Positions 39,700 to 50,419 of a DNA stretch of 50,419 bases are shown here, in pieces. The first letter of the stretch is position 1, and every line of letters starts with the position of its first letter. A program made the position numbers and the translations under genes. The notes under the pieces were generated by a model. The model was not told where the DNA came from, did not search any database, and saw nothing but the letters and a program-made list of their open reading frames with translations. Location of the stretch: the NCBI GenBank assembly GCA_043228905.1, contig JBHGNT010000221.1:1-50419 (forward strand), given 5' to 3'. This DNA comes from Azolla caroliniana. Lineage: Eukaryota > Plantae > Polypodiophyta.

Positions 39700-41960
39700 C
39701 GTTGCTAGCTTCGATTCGCATATTTGAACACAGAAATCCGATATCACACGAGCCAGGTATGAACATTTTAATTTACTCTAGGGCTCTTCTCAACTCCCTC
39801 CTCAAGTTTGCTAATTTCTTCATATATCCTGACCTGAGTTTCAAAATCTTGAATTTCGAATTCTATATCATACCTCGCGTTGCTAGTTTCGTTTCGCATA
39901 TTTGAACACAGAAATCCGATATCACACGAGCCAGGTATGAACATTTTAATTTACTCTAGGGCTCTTCTCAACTCCCTCCTCAAGTTTGCTAATTTCTTCA
40001 TATCTCCTGACCTGAGTTTCAAAATCTTGATTTTTGAATTCTATATCATACGTAGCGTTGCTAGCTTCGATTCGCATATTTGAACTTCAAAATCCGATAT
40101 CACACGAGCCAGGTATGAACATTTTAATTTACTCATGCGCTCTTCTCAACTCCATCCTCATCTTTCCTAATTTCGTCATGTCTCTCGACCTGAGTTTCAA
40201 AATCTTGATTTTTGAATTCTATAGCATACCTAGCGTTGCTAGCTTCGATTCGCATATTTGAACACAGAAATCCGATATCACACGAGCCAGGTATGAACAT
40301 TTTAATTTACTCTAGGGCTCTTCTCAACTCCCTCCTCAAGTTTGCTAATTTCTTCATATATCCTGACCTGAGTTTCAAAATCTTGAATTTCGAATTCTAT
40401 ATCATACCTCGCGTTGCTAGTTTCGTTTCGCATATTTGAACACAGAAATCCGATATCACACGAGCCAGGTATGAACATTTTAATTTACTCTAGGGCTCTT
40501 CTCAACTCCCTCCTCAAGTTTGCTAATTTCTTCATATCTCCTGACCTGAGTTTCAAAATCTTGATTTTTGAATTCTATATCATACGTAGCGTTGCTAGCT
40601 TCGATTCGCATATTTGAACTTCAAAATCGGATATCACACGAGCCAGGTATGAACATTTTAATTTACTCATGCGCTCTTCTCAACTCCATCCTCATCTTTC
40701 CTAATTTCGTCATGTCTCTCGACCTGAGTTTCAAAATCTTGATTTTTGAATTCTATAGCATACCTAGCGTTGCTAGCTTCGATTCGCATATTTGAACACA
40801 GAAATCCGATATCACACGAGCCAGGTATGAACATTTTAATTTACTCAAGGGCTCTTCTCAACTCCCTCCTCAAGTTTGCTAATTTCTTCATATCTCCTGA
40901 CCTGAGTTTCAAAATCTTGATTTTTGAATTCTATATCATACCTCGCTTTGCTAGCTTCGATTCCAATATTTGAACTTTAAAATCCGATATCACACGAGCC
41001 AGGTATGAACATTTTAATTTAGTCAACCGCTCTTCTCAACTCCGTCCTCATCTTTGCTAATTTCGTCATGTCTCTCGACCTGAGATTCAAAATCTTGATT
41101 TTTGAATTCTATATCATAGCTAGCGTTGCTAGCTTCGATTCGCATATTTGAACACAGAAATCCGATATCACACGAGCCAGGTATGAACATTTTAATTTAC
41201 TCAAGGGCTCTTCTCAACTCCCTCCTCAAGTTTGCTAATTTCTTCATATCTCCTGACCTGAGTTTCAAAATCTTGATTTTTGAATTCTATATCATACGTA
41301 GCGTTGCTAGCTTCGATTCGCATATTTGAACTTCAAAATCGGATATCACACGAGCCAGGTATGAACATTTTAATTTACTCATGCGCTCTTCTCAACTCCA
41401 TCCTCATCTTTCCTAATTTCGTCATGTCTCTCGACCTGAGTTTCAAAATCTTGATTTTTGAATTCTATAGCATACCTAGCGTTGCTAGCTTCGATTCGCA
41501 TATTTGAACACAGAAATCCGATATCACACGAGCCAGGTATGAACATTTTAATTTACTCAAGGGCTCTTCTCAACTCCCTCCTCAAGTTTGCTAATTTCTT
41601 CATATCTCCTGACCTGAGTTTCAAAATCTTGATTTTTGAATTCTATATCATACCTCGCTTTGCTAGCTTCGATTCCAATATTTGAACTTTAAAATCCGAT
41701 ATCACACGAGCCAGGTATGAACATTTTAATTTACTCAACCGCTCTTCTCAACTCCGTCCTCATCTTTGCTAATTTCGTCATGTCTCTCGACCTGAGATTC
41801 AAAATCTTGATTTTTGAATTCTATATCATAGCTAGCGTTGCTAGCTTCGATTCGCATATTTGAACACAGAAATCCGATATCACACGAGCCAGGTATGAAC
41901 ATTTTAATTTACTCAAGGGCTCTTCTCAACTCCCTCCTCAAGTTTGCTAATTTCTTCATA
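39700..41960. repeat. Overlapping 3-mer (534 bp) and 4-mer (712 bp) tandem duplications
   Basis: 39880/40414 and 40034/40568 are offset by 534. 40568/41280, 40746/41458 and 41126/41838 are offset by 712. The markers TACGTA and CTCATGCGC occur three times. Confidence 0.88.
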
Positions 41961-42529
41961 TATCCTGACCTGAGTTTCCAAATCTTGAATTTCGAATTCT
42001 ATATCATACCTCGCGTTGCTAGTTTCGTTTCGCATATTTGAACACAGAAATCCGATATCACACGAGCCAGGTATGAACATTTTAATTTACTCTAGGGCTC
42101 TTCTCAACTCCCTCCTCAAGTTTGCTAATTTCTTCATATCTCCTGACCTGAGTTTCAAAATCTTGATTTTTGAATTCTATATCATACCTAGCGTTGCTAG
42201 CTTCGATTCGCATATTTGAACTTCAAAATCGGATATCACACGAGCCAGGTATGAACATTTTAATTTACTCAAGCGCTCTTCTCAACTCCATCCTCATCTT
42301 TCCTAATTTCCTCATGTCTCTCGACCTGAGTTTCAAAATCTTGATTTTTGAATTCTATATCATAGCTAGCGTTGCTAGCTTCGATTCGCATATTTGAAAA
42401 CAGAAATCCGATATCACACGAGCCAGGTATGAACATTTTAATTTACTCAAGGGCTCTTCTCAACTCCCTCCTCAAGTTTGCTAATTTCTTCATATATCCT
42501 GACCTGAGTTTCAAAATCTTGAATTTTGA

Positions 42530-45500
42530 ATTCTATCTCATACCTCGCGTTGCTAGCTTCGTTTCGCATATTTGAACACAGAAATCCGATATCACACGAG
42601 CTAGGTATGAACATTTTAATTTACTCAAGGGCTCTTCTCAACTCCCTCCTCAAGTTTGCTAATTTCGTCATGTCTCTCGACCTGAGTTTCAAAATCTTGA
42701 TTTTTGAATTCTATATCATACCTAGCGTTGCTAGCTTCGATTCGCATATTTGAACTTTAAAATCCGATATCACACGAGCCAGGTATGAACATTTTAATTT
42801 ACTCAAGCGCTCTTCTCAACTCCGTCCTCATCTTTGCTAATTTCGTCATGTCTCTCGACCTGAGATTCAAAATCTTGATTTTTGAATTCTATATCATAGC
42901 TACCGTTGCTAGCTTCGATTCGCATATTTGAACACAGAAATCCGATATCACACGAGCCAGGTATGAACATTTTAATTTACTCAAGGGCTCTTCTCAACTC
43001 CCTCCTCAAGTTTGCTAATTTCTTCATATCTCCTGACCTGAGTTTCAAAATCTTGATTTTCTAATTCTATATCATAGCTAGCGTTGCTACCTTCGATTCG
43101 CATAATTGAACACAGAAATCTGATATCACACGAGCCAGGTATGAACATTTTAATTTACTCAAGGGCTCTTCTCAACTCGCTCCTCAAGTTTGCTAATTTC
43201 TTCATATCTCTTGACCTGAGTTTCAAAATCTTGATTTTTGAATTCTATATCATAGCTCGAGTTGCTAGCTTCGATTCGAATATTTGAACTTCAGAATCCG
43301 ATATCACACGAGCCAGGTATGAACATTTTAATTTACTCAAGCGCTCTTCTCAACTCCCTTCCTCATCTTTGCTAATTTCGTCATGTCTCTCGACCTGAGT
43401 TTCAAAATCTTGATTTTTGAATTCTATATCATAGCTCGCGTTGCTAGCTTCGATTCGAATATTTGAACATAAAACTCTGATATCACACGTGCCAGGTATG
43501 AACATTTTAATTTACTTAAGGGCTCTTCTCAATTCCCTCCTCAAGTTTGCTAATTTATTCATATCTCCGGACCTGAGTTTCAAAATCTTGATTTTTGAAT
43601 TCTATATCATACCTCGGGTTGCTAGCTTCGTTTCGCATATTTGAACACAGAAATCCGATATCACACGAGCCAGGTATGAACATTTTAATTTACTCTAGGG
43701 CTCTTCTGAACTCCCTCCTCAAGTTTGCTAATTTCTTCATATCTCCTGACCTGAGTTTCAAAATCTTGATTTTTGAATTCTATAGCATAGCTCGCGTTGC
43801 TACCTTCCATTCGAATATTTGAACACAGAAATCCGATATCACACGAGCCAGGTATGAACCTTTTAATTTACTCAAGGGCTCTTCTCAAGTCCCTCCTCAA
43901 GTTTGCTAATTTCTTCATATCTCCTGACCTGAGTTTCAAAATCTTGATTTTTGAATTCTATATCATACCTAGCGTTGCTACCTTCGATTCGCATATTTGA
44001 ACACAGAAATCCGATGTCACACGAGCCAGGTATGAACATTTTAATTTACTCAAGGGCTCTTCTCAACTCCCTCCTCAAGTTTGCTAATTTCTTTATATCT
44101 CCTGACCTGAGTTTCAAAATCTTGATTTTTGAATTCTATAGCATACCTAGCGTTGCTAGCATCGATTTGCATATTTGAACACAGAAATCCGATATCACAC
44201 GAGCTAGGTATGAACATTTTAATTTACTCAAGGGCTCTTCTCAACTCCCTCCTCAAGTTTGCTAATTTCTTCATATTTCCTGACCTGAGTTTCAAAATCT
44301 TGATTTTTGAATTCTATATCATACCTCGCTTTGCTAGCTTCGATTCGCATATTTGAACTTCAAAATCCGATATCACACGAGCCAGGTATGAACATTTTAA
44401 TTTACTCAAGCGCTCTTCTCAACTCCGTCCTCATCTTTGCAAATTTCGTCATGTCTCTCGACCTGAGATTCAAAATCTTGATTTTTGAATTCTATATCAT
44501 AGCTACCGTTGCTAGCTTCGATTCGCATATTTGAACACAGAAATCCGATATCACACGAGCCAGGTATGAACCTTTTAATTTACTCAAGGGCTTTTCTCAA
44601 CTCCCTCCTCAAGTTTTCTAATTTCTTCATATCTCCTGACCTGAGTTTCAAAATCTTGATTTTTGAATTCTATCTCATACCTCGCGTTGCTAGCTTCGTT
44701 TCGCATATTTGAACACAGAAATCCGATATCACACGAGCTAGGTATGAACATTTTAATTTACTCAAGGGCTCTTCTCAACTCCCTCCTCAAGTTTGCTAAT
44801 TTCGTCATGTCTCTCGACCTGAGTTTCAAAATCTTGATTTTTGAATTCTATATCATACCTAGCGTTGCTAGCTTCGATTCGCATATTTGAACTTTAAAAT
44901 CCGATATCACACGAGCCAGGTATGAACATTTTAATTTACTCAAGCGCTCTTCTCAACTCCGTCCTCATCTTTGCTAATTTCGTCATGTCTCTCGACCTGA
45001 GATTCAAAATCTTGATTTTTGAATTCTATATCATAGCTACCGTTGCTAGCTTCGATTCGCATATTTGAACACAGAAATCCGATATCACACGAGCCAGGTA
45101 TGAACATTTTAATTTACTCAAGGGCTCTTCTCAACTCCCTCCTCAAGTTTGCTAATTTATTCATATCTCCGGACCTGAGTTTCAAAATCTTGATTTTTGA
45201 ATTCTATATCATACCTCGCGTTGCTAGCTTCGTTTCGCATATTTGAACACAGAAATCCGATATCACACGAGCCAGGTATGAACATTTTAATTTACTCTAG
45301 GGCTCTTCTGAACTCCCTCCTCAAGTTTGCTAATTTCTTCATATCTCCTGACCTGAGTTTCAAAATCTTGATTTTTGAATTCTATAGCATAGCTCGCGTT
45401 GCTACCTTCCATTCGAATATTTGAACACAGAAATCCGATATCACACGAGCCAGGTATGAACCTTTTAATTTACTCAAGGGCTCTTCTCAAGTCCCTCCTC

Positions 45501-48500
45501 AAGTTTGCTAATTTCTTCATATCTCCTGACCTGAGTTTCAAAATCTTGATTTTTGAATTCTATATCATACCTAGCGTTGCTACCTTCGATTCGCATATTT
45601 GAACACAGAAATCCGATGTCACACGAGCCAGGTATGAACATTTTAATTTACTCAAGGGCTCTTCTCAACTCCCTCCTCAAGTTTGCTAATTTCTTTATAT
45701 CTCCTGACCTGAGTTTCAAAATCTTGATTTTTGAATTCTATAGCATACCTAGCGTTGCTAGCATCGATTTGCATATTTGAACACAGAAATCCGATATCAC
45801 ACGAGCTAGGTATGAACATTTTAATTTACTCAAGGGCTCTTCTCAACTCCCTCCTCAAGTTTGCTAATTTCTTCATATTTCCTGACCTGAGTTTCAAAAT
45901 CTTGATTTTTGAATTCTATATCATACCTCGCTTTGCTAGCTTCGATTCGCATATTTGAACTTCAAAATCCGATATCACACGAGCCAGGTATGAACATTTT
46001 AATTTACTCAAGCGCTCTTCTCAACTCCGTCCTCATCTTTGCAAATTTCGTCATGTCTCTCGACCTGAGATTCAAAATCTTGATTTTTGAATTCTATATC
46101 ATAGCTACCGTTGCTAGCTTCGATTCGCATATTTGAACACAGAAATCCGATATCACACGAGCCAGGTATGAACCTTTTAATTTACTCAAGGGCTTTTCTC
46201 AACTCCCTCCTCAAGTTTTCTAATTTCTTCATATCTCCTGACCTGAGTTTCAAAATCTTGATTTTTGAATTCTATCTCATACCTCGCGTTGCTAGCTTCG
46301 TTTCGCATATTTGAACACAGAAATCCGATATCACACGAGCTAGGTATGAACATTTTAATTTACTCAAGGGCTCTTCTCAACTCCCTCCTCAAGTTTGCTA
46401 ATTTCGTCATGTCTCTCGACCTGAGTTTCAAAATCTTGATTTTTAAATTCTATATCATACCTAGCGTTGCTAGCTTCGATTCGCATATTTTAACTTTAAA
46501 ATCCGATATCACACGAGCCAGGTATGAACATTTTAATTTACTCAAGCGCTCTTCTCAACTCCGTCCTCATCTTTGCTAATTTCGTCATGTCTCTCGACCT
46601 GAGATTCAAAATCTTGATTTTTGAATTCTATATCATACCTCGCGTTGCTAGCTTCGTTTCGCATATTTGAACACAGAAATCCGATATCACACGAGCCAGG
46701 TATGAACATTTTAATTTACTCTAGGGCTCTTCTGAACTCCCTCCTCAAGTTTGCTAATTTCTTCATATCTCCTGACCTGAGTTTCAAAATCTTGATTTTT
46801 GAATTCTATAGCATAGCTCGCGTTGCTACCTTCCATTCGAATATTTGAACACAGAAATCCGATATCACACGAGCCAGGTATGAACCTTTTAATTTACTCA
46901 AGGGCTCTTCTCAAGTCCCTCCTCAAGTTTGCTAATTTCTTCATATCTCCTGACCTGAGTTTCAAAATCTTGATTTTTGAATTCTATATCATACCTAGCG
47001 TTGCTACCTTCGATTCGCATATTTGAACACAGAAATCCGATGTCACACGAGCCAGGTATGAACATTTTAATTTACTCAAGGGCTCTTCTCAACTCCCTCC
47101 TCAAGTTTGCTAATTTCTTTATATCTCCTGACCTGAGTTTCAAAATCTTGATTTTTGAATTCTATAGCATACCTAGCGTTGCTAGCATCGATTTGCATAT
47201 TTGAACACAGAAATCCGATATCACACGAGCTAGGTATGAACATTTTAATTTACTCAAGGGCTCTTCTCAACTCCCTCCTCAAGTTTGCTAATTTCTTCAT
47301 ATTTCCTGACCTGAGTTTCAAAATCTTGATTTTTGAATTCTATATCATACCTCGCTTTGCTAGCTTCGATTCGCATATTTGAACTTCAAAATCCGATATC
47401 ACACGAGCCAGGTATGAACATTTTAATTTACTCAAGCGCTCTTCTCAACTCCGTCCTCATCTTTGCAAATTTCGTCATGTCTCTCGACCTGAGATTCAAA
47501 ATCTTGATTTTTGAATTCTATATCATAGCTACCGTTGCTAGCTTCGATTCGCATATTTGAACACAGAAATCCGATATCACACGAGCCAGGTATGAACCTT
47601 TTAATTTACTCAAGGGCTTTTCTCAACTCCCTCCTCAAGTTTTCTAATTTCTTCATATCTCCTGACCTGAGTTTCAAAATCTTGATTTTTGAATTCTATC
47701 TCATACCTCGCGTTGCTAGCTTCGTTTCGCATATTTGAACACAGAAATCCGATATCACACGAGCTAGGTATGAACATTTTAATTTACTCAAGGGCTCTTC
47801 TCAACTCCCTCCTCAAGTTTGCTAATTTCGTCATGTCTCTCGACCTGAGTTTCAAAATCTTGATTTTTAAATTCTATATCATACCTAGCGTTGCTAGCTT
47901 CGATTCGCATATTTTAACTTTAAAATCCGATATCACACGAGCCAGGTATGAACATTTTAATTTACTCAAGCGCTCTTCTCAACTCCGTCCTCATCTTTGC
48001 TAATTTCGTCATGTCTCTCGACCTGAGATTCAAAATCTTGATTTTTGAATTCTATATCATACCTCGCGTTGCTAGCTTCGTTTCGCATATTTGAACACAG
48101 AAATCCGATATCACACGAGCCAGGTATGAACATTTTAATTTACTCTAGGGCTCTTCTCAACTCCCTCCTCAAGTTTGCTAATTTCTTCATATCTCCTGAC
48201 CTGAGTTTCAAAATCTTGATTTTTGAATTCTATAGCATAGCTCGCGTTGCTACCTTCCATTCGAATATTTGAACACAGAAATCCGATATCACACGAGCCA
48301 GGTATGAACCTTTTAATTTACTCAAGGGCTCTTCTCAAGTCCCTCCTCAAGTTTGCTAATTTCTTCATATCTCCTGACCTGAGTTTCAAAATCTTGATTT
48401 TTGAATTCTATATCATACCTAGCGTTGCTACCTTCGATTCGCATATTTGAACACAGAAATCCGATGTCACACGAGCCAGGTATGAACATTTTAATTTACT

Positions 48501-50419
48501 CAAGGGCTCTTCTCAACTCCCTCCTCAAGTTTGCTAATTTCTTTATATCTCCTGACCTGAGTTTCAAAATCTTGATTTTTGAATTCTATAGCATACCTAG
48601 CGTTGCTAGCATCGATTTGCATATTTGAACACAGAAATCCGATATCACACGAGCTAGGTATGAACATTTTAATTTACTCAAGGGCTCTTCTCAACTCCCT
48701 CCTCAAGTTTGCTAATTTCTTCATATTTCCTGACCTGAGTTTCAAAATCTTGATTTTTGAATTCTATATCATACCTCGCTTTGCTAGCTTCGATTCGCAT
48801 ATTTGAACTTCAAAATCCGATATCACACGAGCCAGGTATGAACATTTTAATTTACTCAAGCGCTCTTCTCAACTCCGTCCTCATCTTTGCAAATTTCGTC
48901 ATGTCTCTCGACCTGAGATTCAAAATCTTGATTTTTGAATTCTATATCATAGCTACCGTTGCTAGCTTCGATTCGCATATTTGAACACAGAAATCCGATA
49001 TCACACGAGCCAGGTATGAACCTTTTAATTTACTCAAGGGCTTTTCTCAACTCCCTCCTCAAGTTTTCTAATTTCTTCATATCTCCTGACCTGAGTTTCA
49101 AAATCTTGATTTTTGAATTCTATCTCATACCTCGCGTTGCTAGCTTCGTTTCGCATATTTGAACACAGAAATCCGATATCACACGAGCTAGGTATGAACA
49201 TTTTAATTTACTCAAGGGCTCTTCTCAACTCCCTCCTCAAGTTTGCTAATTTCGTCATGTCTCTCGACCTGAGTTTCAAAATCTTGATTTTTGAATTCTA
49301 TATCATACCTAGCGTTGCTAGCTTCGATTCGCATATTTGAACTTTAAAATCCGATATCACACGAGCCAGGTATGAACATTTTAATTTACTCAAGCGCTCT
49401 TCTCAACTCCGTCCTCATCTTTGCTAATTTCGTCATGTCTCTCGACCTGAGATTCAAAATCTAGATTTTTGAATTCTATATCATAGCTACCGTTGCTAGC
49501 TTCGATTCGCATATTTGAACACAGAAATCCGATATCACACGAGCCAGGTATGAACATTTTAATTTACTCAAGGGCTCTTCTCAACTCCCTCCTCAAGTTT
49601 GCTAATTTCTTCATATCTCCTGACCTGAGTTTCAAAATCTTGATTTTCTAATTCTATATCATAGCTAGCGTTGCTACCTTCGATTCGCATAATTGAACAC
49701 AGAAATCTGATATCACACGAGCCAGGTATGAACATTTTAATTTACTCAAGGGCTCTTCTCAACTCGCTCCTCAAGTTTGCTAATTTCTTCATATCTCCTG
49801 ACCTGAGTTTCAAAATCTTGATTTTTGAATTCTATATCATAGCTCGAGTTGCTAGCTTCGATTCGAATATTTGAACTTCAAAATCCGATATCACACGAGC
49901 CAGGTATGAACATTTTAATTTACTAAAGCGCTCTTCTCAACTCCCTTCCTCATCTTTGCTAATTTCGTCATGTCTCTCGACCTGAGTTTCAAAATCTTGA
50001 TTTTTGAATTCTATATCATAGCTCGCGTTGCTAGCTTCGATTCGATTATTTGAACATAAAACTCTGATATCACACGTGCCAGGTATGAACATTTTAATTT
50101 ACTTAAGGGCTCTTCTCAATTCCCTCCTCAAGTTTGCTAATTTATTCATATCTCCGGACCTGAGTTTCAAAATCTTGATTTTTGAATTCTATATCATACC
50201 TAGCGTTGCTAGCTTCGTTTCGCATATTTGAACACAGAAATCCGATATCACACGAGCCAGGTATGAACATTTTAATTTACTCTAGGGCTCTTCTGAACTC
50301 CCTCCTCAAGTTTGCTAATTTCTTCATATCTCCTGACCTGAGTTTCAAAATCTTGATTTTTGAATTCTATAGCATAGCTCGCGTTGCTAGCTTCCATTCG
50401 AATATTTGAACACAGAAAT
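42530..50419. repeat. HOR array of 12-, 9-, 8-, 8- and 12-mer units (2137, 1602, 1424, 1424, 2137 bp)
   Basis: An equivalent monomer lies at 43595, 45197, 46621, 48045 and 50182. The markers CCGATGTCAC, AGCATCGAT, ATATTTCC and GCTTTTCTC each occur four times. 43084/49671 and 43441/50028 are offset by 6587, which is 2137+1602+1424+1424. Confidence 0.93.

Larger units (their letters stand above)
1..50419. repeat. Tandem satellite DNA array, 178-bp monomer, about 283 copies, head-to-tail, running off both ends of the window
   Basis: The same sequence recurs every 178 bp throughout (ORF-track starts 14, 192, 903, 1081, 1259, 1437 and so on). Equivalent positions 14 and 50206 are 50192 bp apart, which is 282 x 178 - 4. 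I saw no inverted monomer and no non-repeat sequence. Confidence 0.99.
1..50419. other. Candidate centromeric/pericentromeric heterochromatic satellite (function inferred, family unidentified)
   Basis: The monomer is mono-nucleosome sized and AT-rich, and the array is highly homogeneous, single-orientation and organised into local HORs. These features parallel known centromeric satellites such as the 171-bp alpha satellite and Arabidopsis CEN178. I recognised no sequence similarity to either. Confidence 0.55.

Noticed and set aside
14-50409. About 200 near-identical 60-134 aa ORFs on the + strand (MLASIRIFEHRNPISHEPG...)
   Set aside because: They are artefacts of the repeat. 178 is not a multiple of 3, so each frame closes after about one monomer. 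Starts are mostly TTG, variants include stops and frameshifts with no synonymous bias, and the longer ORFs (346, 35942, 37899, 46265, 47689) arise only from chance 1-bp deletions or stop-loss SNPs. I recognise no protein domain.
1-50419. CRISPR array or other repeat-spacer system
   Set aside because: There are no unique spacers. The entire 178 bp is repeated, and no cas or other genes are present.
1-50419. Identity with Arabidopsis CEN178 or primate alpha satellite
   Set aside because: Only the length is similar. The consensus lacks the HindIII site and the motifs I recall for CEN178, and does not resemble alpha satellite. A BLAST search is needed for any family assignment.
1-50419. 5S rRNA, tRNA, snRNA or spliced-leader tandem gene array
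   Set aside because: I found no recognisable 5S sequence, cloverleaf, Pol III A/B/C boxes or spliced-leader motif in the monomer. An Rfam/Infernal scan would be the definitive test.
1-50419. Transposon insertion, inversion or telomeric repeat within the array
   Set aside because: Monomer phase is accounted for across the whole window to within the small indels listed, which leaves no room for foreign or inverted sequence.

Overview
The whole 50,419-bp window is one uninterrupted head-to-tail satellite DNA array of about 283 copies of a 178-bp monomer (about 38% GC), all in one orientation. It has no unique sequence, transposon insertion, RNA gene or credible protein-coding gene; every listed ORF is a frame of the repeat. 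Consensus read from the EcoRI site: GAATTCTATATCATAGCTAGCGTTGCTAGCTTCGATTCGCATATTTGAACACAGAAATCCGATATCACACGAGCCAGGTATGAACATTTTAATTTACTCAAGGGCTCTTCTCAACTCCCTCCTCAAGTTTGCTAATTTCTTCATATCTCCTGACCTGAGTTTCAAAATCTTGATTTTT. The monomer length, homogeneity and higher-order repeats (HORs) suggest a eukaryotic centromeric or pericentromeric satellite. That is inference, and I do not recognise the family or species. The structure worth attention lies in the variants. There are nested local HORs (2-, 3-, 4-, 8-, 9-, 10-, 12-, 14- and 19-mers) and a switch of variant subfamily at about 32.05 kb. A two-monomer tract of the left subfamily sits inside a right-subfamily HOR, and a 12-mer HOR shortens stepwise (12-9-8-8-12). 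Net length is almost perfectly conserved (-4 bp over 282 monomers), dyad symmetry is dense, and recurrent variants appear to tend towards perfect palindromes. I cannot support a novel protein- or RNA-based system here. All coordinates and counts were read by eye, and block boundaries are approximate.
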